A DNA stretch of 64,000 nt from Deltaproteobacteria bacterium (GTDB lineage Bacteria; UBA10199; SPLOWO2-01-44-7): contig JAHFSU010000004.1 in NCBI GenBank assembly GCA_023265595.1, positions 1,667 to 65,666 of the forward strand. The letters run 5' to 3'. The notes under the pieces were generated by a model that had not been told where the DNA came from, did not search any database, and worked only from the letters and a program-made list of their open reading frames with translations. How positions within the stretch are numbered: position 1 is the first letter of the stretch; every line of letters starts with the position of its first letter. This document shows positions 58,439 through 64,000 of the stretch, one piece after another. Made by a program: the position numbers and the translations under genes.

Positions 58439-61405
58439 TTGACGAAGAAAGGGTTGATGACCTCCATACTAAACCTTGCCCATTTACAAACCGGTTCGGG
58501 TCTCCTCTTTGGCATGCCGGAGACCCTTTATGCCGACCCCAAAATCGCCGCCAGCGCTTTTTTGGCCGTTCCCGCGATGGAACTCGGCGCCGAACTCCAT
58601 GCCATCCGCGATGCCTATGTCCAAATTGATCCGAAGTCCGGTCAAAAATTTCGCCGGCATCTACACGACTACAAGAGGGCTTTGAAAGAGGAGGATCAAA
58701 AAGCCGCATGGACTGCGCAAAGATCCATGGCCGCTATTTTTCGAAGGACCGGCCGGCGGCATTGGGAATTTTTGTTGGAAAAACTTAAAAAAAAGGGATG
58801 GCCGATGAGAAACGGGTTTTTGAAAACGCCGGCAAGTTCGAAGAAACATGTCATCTCTATTTTGGAATTGAGAATGATGGAGTGGGATCCTCAAGATTAT
58901 CGGCTGGATCCATCCCGTTTTTCGATCACAGACCCGATTCGTATCTCTTCCCTGAAGACTGTCGAACAAAAGATCGCCTCCCTTTTCGAACCGGGTGCGG
59001 ACCGCGACCGCATCCCATGGTTTGTCTTTGAAGGGCCATGGCCCATGGACAATTTGTTTTTGATCGATCCCAAAAAAATTGAGGCCGCCTCCAAAGACTA
59101 TGCCAAAAAAGCGGTTGCCTTGATCACGGTTGCGCCGGAAAATCGGCACATCGCCCTCTATTGTCATCAAAACCGGTTCGGTCTCTGGGAGCTTTTTTGC
59201 TATTCGGATTATTACGACAACCCGGACGGCCTTTGGCAATGGGATCATCATGCCGCATTTTGGGAAAAATGGGATTTGACCGGCATCGACAAAGAAGGGG
59301 GCAATCGGTTTATCTTTGCGAACCTCAACACGGAGCTCTATTTTTCCGGACGCTTTAAGAGACCCATAGAGGTCGATCCCGATTACCGTAAAAAAATCGA
59401 AAAGAGAATGCGAAAAGGGACATGGATCGGCGAGAGATGGAAAGAGGTCCTTCAAAGACACCCCTTGTTATTCCGGTGGCTTTCCCTCCCCCACTCACTT
59501 GTGGAAATCCCCGTCTCTCTTGATGCGCTCCGTTGCGAAACGGATAAGGGTCTGAATGGGGCCACAGGGGCTCTCAGAAATATCTGGCATCTTCTTGATG
59601 AAAAAGACCCGGATGAAGCCGAATACAAAAAGAGGATCCTTTCTCTTTTGAAAAGTCTCCGCTACGGTCGCGAAAAGGATTTCAGAGAGCTCGGCCTTTT
59701 GCTGGAAGAGATGCATCAGAATGAATATATCGACCAACACCAAATGAAAGTCGGTTTTTATCAACTCACCAGAGCACAAAAAATTCTGCGCGATCAGAAA
59801 AAACTCGAGCAGGGCAAAAATCGGGAGATGGAGACCGTATCTCTCCGCTTGGGGCTTTGGAGACGCGATCCGTGGTTCGACGGCTTGATCGGCATCAGCG
59901 ACAGGGCCTATGAAGATTTAAGCAATCAGGTCCTTCTCCTTTATGCCCCCAACGGCGACATGCTGGACGCTTGCGCCCTTCGCCTCTTTGAAGATGAAAA
60001 GGAAAATCTTTATCTTTTTTATGATCCCCTTCCTTTCCCGTATCGTCACTGGCGTGTGGAAAATTACGAAAAAACGCTGTTGCAATGCATCCGAAAGATC
60101 GGAAAAAAATGCGGAATCCCCGAAGACCGGATCCGGGAGATGCAGGGGGTTCAAGATTTCAACTGGCTCCAAGGGATAGGCGGTCTCCATCCTATAACGG
60201 CATCCAAGGAAGAAAGAGCGGCGGCGCTGGAAAAAAGAAAAATATGGAGACACCCTCTCGAAGGTTTTCTCGCGGAGGGACAGGGGACCTATGAGGCACT
60301 TAATATTTTTGGGTCGAGCCGTCTTGTTTTTTGTAACCCATGGCTCGGTGATCGGATCCCGATCCCCAACGGATTTGATGGGGTCCCTTATGAACTTCTC
60401 CCTCCCAAAAATGTCGGCTTTCCTCTTTCACTGACAATCAATCCCGAACCGCATCTTGCCGGCACCCAAGTTGTCGGTTACTCAATCGGAACAGGACGTT
60501 CGATCGATCTGGCTGTCGATTTCAAGGATAAGGATGGGGTGCAATGGCATCACTTGAGTCTTGTCGGCGTGGGGAAGACACACCGCGCGCGGCTCGGGCG
60601 TCTGGAATTTCGGGATGGACAACACTCGCTCGATGTTGCCCAACGCCGTTTTTATCTCTCGAACCTGATGCATTTTTTGGGACTCCGCACCGCGCGCGGG
60701 ATGGCCGTCATCAGCGCCGAAAGGCCGCGAGAAGGAGCTTTCAAAAATGGCGCCTTGCCCCAAATTCAGGCTATCCTTTATGAACTCTGCCGGGAACAGC
60801 TTCGACTGGATGATTTGTCACGCGCCGAAAACCCGTACCGGATGATTCATCATGTCAAAAGAAAAATTGCCGCGGAGCTCGGCCTCCCACGCATGAGCGA
60901 TGCGGAATATGTGAGATGGCTTGGCCATACACTCGGTGAACAGTTCGCCCTGATGATCTTTTACGGTTTCGATCACGGCGTCTTCAACGGGATGAGCCAG
61001 CTTACTGCCTTCAACGTCTCCTTGGCCGGTGAGATACGCGATTTTGATGCGGCCGGACTGACCCGCGACCGAAATCGACTGCACGATCGTTACTTCCATG
61101 GAAAAAAGAGTGTTTATAGTACCGATTTGAATCTGCACGCCGTTCTAAGAATGCAGCAGATGTTGTCCAGAGGACCCCGAAACATCCCCCGCGCCACCGG
61201 CAAACCATGGCTTCATTTTCTGCTCGATCTGGCCCCGTATGCAAATTTTTACGATCTGTTTCAAACCGCGATGGATCGGAAGCGACAGGAATTGGAAACG
61301 AGCGGGATCGATCCCAAGGCCGAGATCCGGCGTTTTAATACAGAGATGTGGAATCCCTATATGCGGCAATTAAGGAATTCCCGTTTACACGGGGATGACA
61401 AATGA
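58439..61405 (+). CDS. large hypothetical protein, paralog 1 of a tandem family
   Basis: 988 aa, no TM or signal peptide. Shares blocks with the next gene: GYSIGTGRSIDLAVDF..DGVQWHHLSLVGVGKT, RFYLSNLMHFLGLRT, LYELCREQLRLDDL, MSDAEYVRWLGHTLGEQFALM..FGFDHG, DFDAAGLTR, WNPYMR. Confidence 0.6.
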   Translation: MTKKGLMTSILNLAHLQTGSGLLFGMPETLYADPKIAASAFLAVPAMELGAELHAIRDAYVQIDPKSGQKFRRHLHDYKRALKEEDQKAAWTAQRSMAAIFRRTGRRHWEFLLEKLKKKGWPMRNGFLKTPASSKKHVISILELRMMEWDPQDYRLDPSRFSITDPIRISSLKTVEQKIASLFEPGADRDRIPWFVFEGPWPMDNLFLIDPKKIEAASKDYAKKAVALITVAPENRHIALYCHQNRFGLWELFCYSDYYDNPDGLWQWDHHAAFWEKWDLTGIDKEGGNRFIFANLNTELYFSGRFKRPIEVDPDYRKKIEKRMRKGTWIGERWKEVLQRHPLLFRWLSLPHSLVEIPVSLDALRCETDKGLNGATGALRNIWHLLDEKDPDEAEYKKRILSLLKSLRYGREKDFRELGLLLEEMHQNEYIDQHQMKVGFYQLTRAQKILRDQKKLEQGKNREMETVSLRLGLWRRDPWFDGLIGISDRAYEDLSNQVLLLYAPNGDMLDACALRLFEDEKENLYLFYDPLPFPYRHWRVENYEKTLLQCIRKIGKKCGIPEDRIREMQGVQDFNWLQGIGGLHPITASKEERAAALEKRKIWRHPLEGFLAEGQGTYEALNIFGSSRLVFCNPWLGDRIPIPNGFDGVPYELLPPKNVGFPLSLTINPEPHLAGTQVVGYSIGTGRSIDLAVDFKDKDGVQWHHLSLVGVGKTHRARLGRLEFRDGQHSLDVAQRRFYLSNLMHFLGLRTARGMAVISAERPREGAFKNGALPQIQAILYELCREQLRLDDLSRAENPYRMIHHVKRKIAAELGLPRMSDAEYVRWLGHTLGEQFALMIFYGFDHGVFNGMSQLTAFNVSLAGEIRDFDAAGLTRDRNRLHDRYFHGKKSVYSTDLNLHAVLRMQQMLSRGPRNIPRATGKPWLHFLLDLAPYANFYDLFQTAMDRKRQELETSGIDPKAEIRRFNTEMWNPYMRQLRNSRLHGDDK

Positions 61406-63786
61406 TTACAGCAACGAACATTTTTTTGGGGGTGGGGCCGGCGATTTATTCTGATCCACTGTTGGCCTCCGAAGTATTGACAGCGGTCCTTCCGGAAAAT
61501 CTGGGGGCCGATGCCTTTGTGCTGGCGGAGGCTTATACAGAAATCGATCCCAAAACGGGCACAAAATTAAAAGAGCTTCTGAAGGAGCATGCTCAATTCT
61601 TGCGCGATGGACTTGAGTTCAACACCGGCGGCACGCCGAAAAATATGTTGGCTTCTTGGATTCGGGAAACAGATCCCGGCATCTGGAGAGCAGTTCTTGA
61701 AAAAGCAAAAAAGCACACATGGGCCTTTCAAAGAGGTTGGCTGAACACCGCAATTTCTCCTCACGCTATTTTTTGCGCCGTCGCCTGTAGGAATCATCAC
61801 CGCAAACCCATTGAAGAGCTGCTCCCGGGCGCGGATCATCCCACCTTGCAGGATTGGCTCCATCTCAAAGTTGAAGAGGAGTTTACGATTCCAGCAGAGC
61901 TTATTCTGGATGAGCTGACGCAAAACTTCAGAAGTTATTTTGCCACACTTTTAAAACCGGCTATTTATTTGGACCATGCAACGGCACAATATCAAGAATA
62001 CTGCCAAATTTTAAAATCGCTCGGATTCACCTCTCTTGACGGGATCACCCTATTATCTGAAATAGAAAAACAGGCCGGCTTGGCGATCCCGAAAAAAGTG
62101 ACGCCCTTGGATAATGAAAATGTGGCGCAAGCGATACAATTTTTAACCCAGTTAATTTCTTCCGGATTTGCGGCAGTGCTATTTAATGAAGCAGACTTGG
62201 AGATTGTTCTGGCGATGATGCACGATGCAGCATCAACGGCCGTCGCCTATGAAGAGGTTGAAAAATATGGGCCGATTCGCTGCCATGTTTCCCTCTTGCA
62301 GAGAGATTTAAAATGGGAAGACCTATTGAAAATCCCCGAATCCCGGCGCGCCAATTTGCAGACGCAAATACTGGTGGTATCTCTTCCAAATGGAGATATT
62401 CTGAAAGGCTACGCGCTCCATCTCTATCAATCGGTCTTTGATGGAAAGCGGCGCCTGTTCTTTTCCAGAATTGAACCGCTACGAATGAAATCATGGTGGC
62501 ACACAAGCCCCGTGCAAGGCTTCATCGAAAAAGCAATGACCGCCGTTTTGGAGGAGGTCATGGAGAGGATGGGTGCAAAATCGCTCCATGCCCTCAGAGA
62601 GTCGGACATTCCCAACTGGATGCATGGGTCAATACCGATCACTCATGCCTTGGATGCCGATTTCAAATCGGAACAAATCAGCGTATGGGAACATCCCTAC
62701 CATTCTTTTTTCAAACCGGGGGATGGTTCCCATGAGGCGATGCGGGTTGTTGATGGGGCCACGCTGGCCATGCTCAATCCGTGGGTTGGGTTGCGAAACG
62801 ATCGCTTTGCCGCTGATCTTTTGTTGCGCGAGATCGATCCGAATCCCGATTTTCAAGACTCATCACAATATCTTTTTGGATTTTCAACCGGCACCGGCCG
62901 CTCGGTTGATTACGCCATCGACTACACTGGCCCCGATGGAACCCATTGGCATCACCTCAATGCAATCGGCGTCGGCAAAACCGAGAAGGCCCGCACCGGG
63001 GTAGAAAATCGCGACGGACTTTTGCCGCTGGAAGGAGCCAAAAAGCGATTCTATTTTTCCAATCTGATGCATTATCTCGGTTTAAGGACATCGCTGGCCA
63101 TCGCTGTCGTTGATCGCAAGCAAATCCGCGAAGATGGAGAGAAAAGCCCCGGCATCCCGCAAACGCAGGCGACCCTTTACGAACTGCGCCGCGAACAACT
63201 GCGGCTGGATGATCTGGAGAAACTCGACGCCGCCATATTCGCACTGGATCGCATCAAACCAAAACATGCCCGGGATATGGGGAAAACAAACATGAGCGAT
63301 GAGGAATATGTCACATGGCTTGCCCAAACACTCGGAGAACAGTTCGCCATCATGGAATATTTCGGTTTCGACCACGGCATCATCGAAGGGGCCGCGCAAC
63401 TGCATCCGGGAAATATAGGTCTCGACGGATCGATTTACGACTTTGACTCGGCGCGACTTACCCGAAACAGAGAAACACTCCATGAACGCTACGAAAACGG
63501 CAAGGAGATAGTCAGCCGAAGAATGATTTGGGCATGGGAACAGGAATGGCGGAACAGCCGGTCACCCAAAAGTTGGCTGGGTCACCTTCTCCATCTCGCT
63601 CCGAACATCGATTTTTATGACATCATGACCCGCGCCGAACAGGAGAAAAAAGAGGCGCTTCAAAAAAGCGTCCCGGACCCCAAAGCAAAAATCCACGAAT
63701 TTAATGTGAACTATTGGAACCCCTACATGCGGGGATTGAGACAGATGTTAGCTGTTAACATATGCTCCTTGATGGGGGTGGGTTAG
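61402..63786 (+). CDS. large hypothetical protein, paralog 2 of the tandem family
   Basis: 794 aa. Carries the same blocks (GFSTGTGRSVDYAIDY..DGTHWHHLNAIGVGKT, RFYFSNLMHYLGLRT, LYELRREQLRLDDL, FGFDHG...LHPGNIGLDGSIYDFDSARLTR, WNPYMR). ATG overlaps the paralog-1 stop. Confidence 0.6.
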   Translation: MITATNIFLGVGPAIYSDPLLASEVLTAVLPENLGADAFVLAEAYTEIDPKTGTKLKELLKEHAQFLRDGLEFNTGGTPKNMLASWIRETDPGIWRAVLEKAKKHTWAFQRGWLNTAISPHAIFCAVACRNHHRKPIEELLPGADHPTLQDWLHLKVEEEFTIPAELILDELTQNFRSYFATLLKPAIYLDHATAQYQEYCQILKSLGFTSLDGITLLSEIEKQAGLAIPKKVTPLDNENVAQAIQFLTQLISSGFAAVLFNEADLEIVLAMMHDAASTAVAYEEVEKYGPIRCHVSLLQRDLKWEDLLKIPESRRANLQTQILVVSLPNGDILKGYALHLYQSVFDGKRRLFFSRIEPLRMKSWWHTSPVQGFIEKAMTAVLEEVMERMGAKSLHALRESDIPNWMHGSIPITHALDADFKSEQISVWEHPYHSFFKPGDGSHEAMRVVDGATLAMLNPWVGLRNDRFAADLLLREIDPNPDFQDSSQYLFGFSTGTGRSVDYAIDYTGPDGTHWHHLNAIGVGKTEKARTGVENRDGLLPLEGAKKRFYFSNLMHYLGLRTSLAIAVVDRKQIREDGEKSPGIPQTQATLYELRREQLRLDDLEKLDAAIFALDRIKPKHARDMGKTNMSDEEYVTWLAQTLGEQFAIMEYFGFDHGIIEGAAQLHPGNIGLDGSIYDFDSARLTRNRETLHERYENGKEIVSRRMIWAWEQEWRNSRSPKSWLGHLLHLAPNIDFYDIMTRAEQEKKEALQKSVPDPKAKIHEFNVNYWNPYMRGLRQMLAVNICSLMGVG

Positions 63787-63892
63787 GGAGGGGGAAAAGT
63801 AAGAAAAATTTAAGTGACGAATTCTGGGCACTTTTCTAGGCAACTTATTTTGTGATCTGCCGATAACTTAACGAGGGTATCTATGAGTATGA

Positions 63893-64000
63893 ATATTTCC
63901 AGTTCTCAGATGCTTTTTGGGCTTCCGGCAAATCTATTTGCCACCCAGCCGGAGTTGGCCGCGGCTGCCTTGGCGGCAACGCCTCCACAACGACTGGGGT
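63893..64000 (+). CDS. 5' end of a third paralog (runs off window)
   Basis: MSMNISSSQMLFGLPANLFATQPELAAAALAATPP matches the conserved N-termini of paralogs 1 and 2 (LLFGMPETLYADPKIAASAFLAVP / IFLGVGPAIYSDPLLASEVLTAVLP). Confidence 0.4.
   Translation, partial: MFPVLRCFLGFRQIYLPPSRSWPRLPWRQRLHNDWG

Overview
This window is a Gram-negative-type bacterial chromosome segment of mixed coding strand, read by eye from sequence only, with no searches run. Most genes are housekeeping: enolase, miaA, mutL, a PlsB-type acyltransferase, B12-dependent metH, purD, purH, alr, an MlaE/MlaF/MCE transporter, tsaC, an OmpR/His-kinase pair, TolC-RND efflux, AddAB plus DciA, and hppD/hmgA. Interspersed with these is a striking amount of small-repeat biology. 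(1) A family of roughly 180-240 bp structured palindromic MITE-like elements: one copy sits in-frame inside the mutL linker, a homologous copy lies in a 600-bp gene-free, hairpin-dense region at 45.2-45.8 kb that may be a structured RNA. (2) A single REP-associated tyrosine transposase (RAYT, HuH Y1) gene at 37 kb, two families of short GC-rich hairpin repeats (REP-like) at gene ends, and a highly localised over-representation of the 10-mer CAGACGGACT, 11 exact 9- or 10-mer copies within 6 kb on both strands, inside and outside CDSs. (3) A tandem array of at least three large paralogous genes of unknown function (58.4-64 kb) directly downstream of a HEPN/MNT toxin-antitoxin pair. Also present: a VapBC pair wedged between the tyrosine-catabolism genes, a tRNA-Gln(CUG), a 29-bp perfect palindrome in the metH divergent promoter, and a probably truncated GHKL-ATPase/DUF4325 pair. 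No CRISPR array or rRNA was found.
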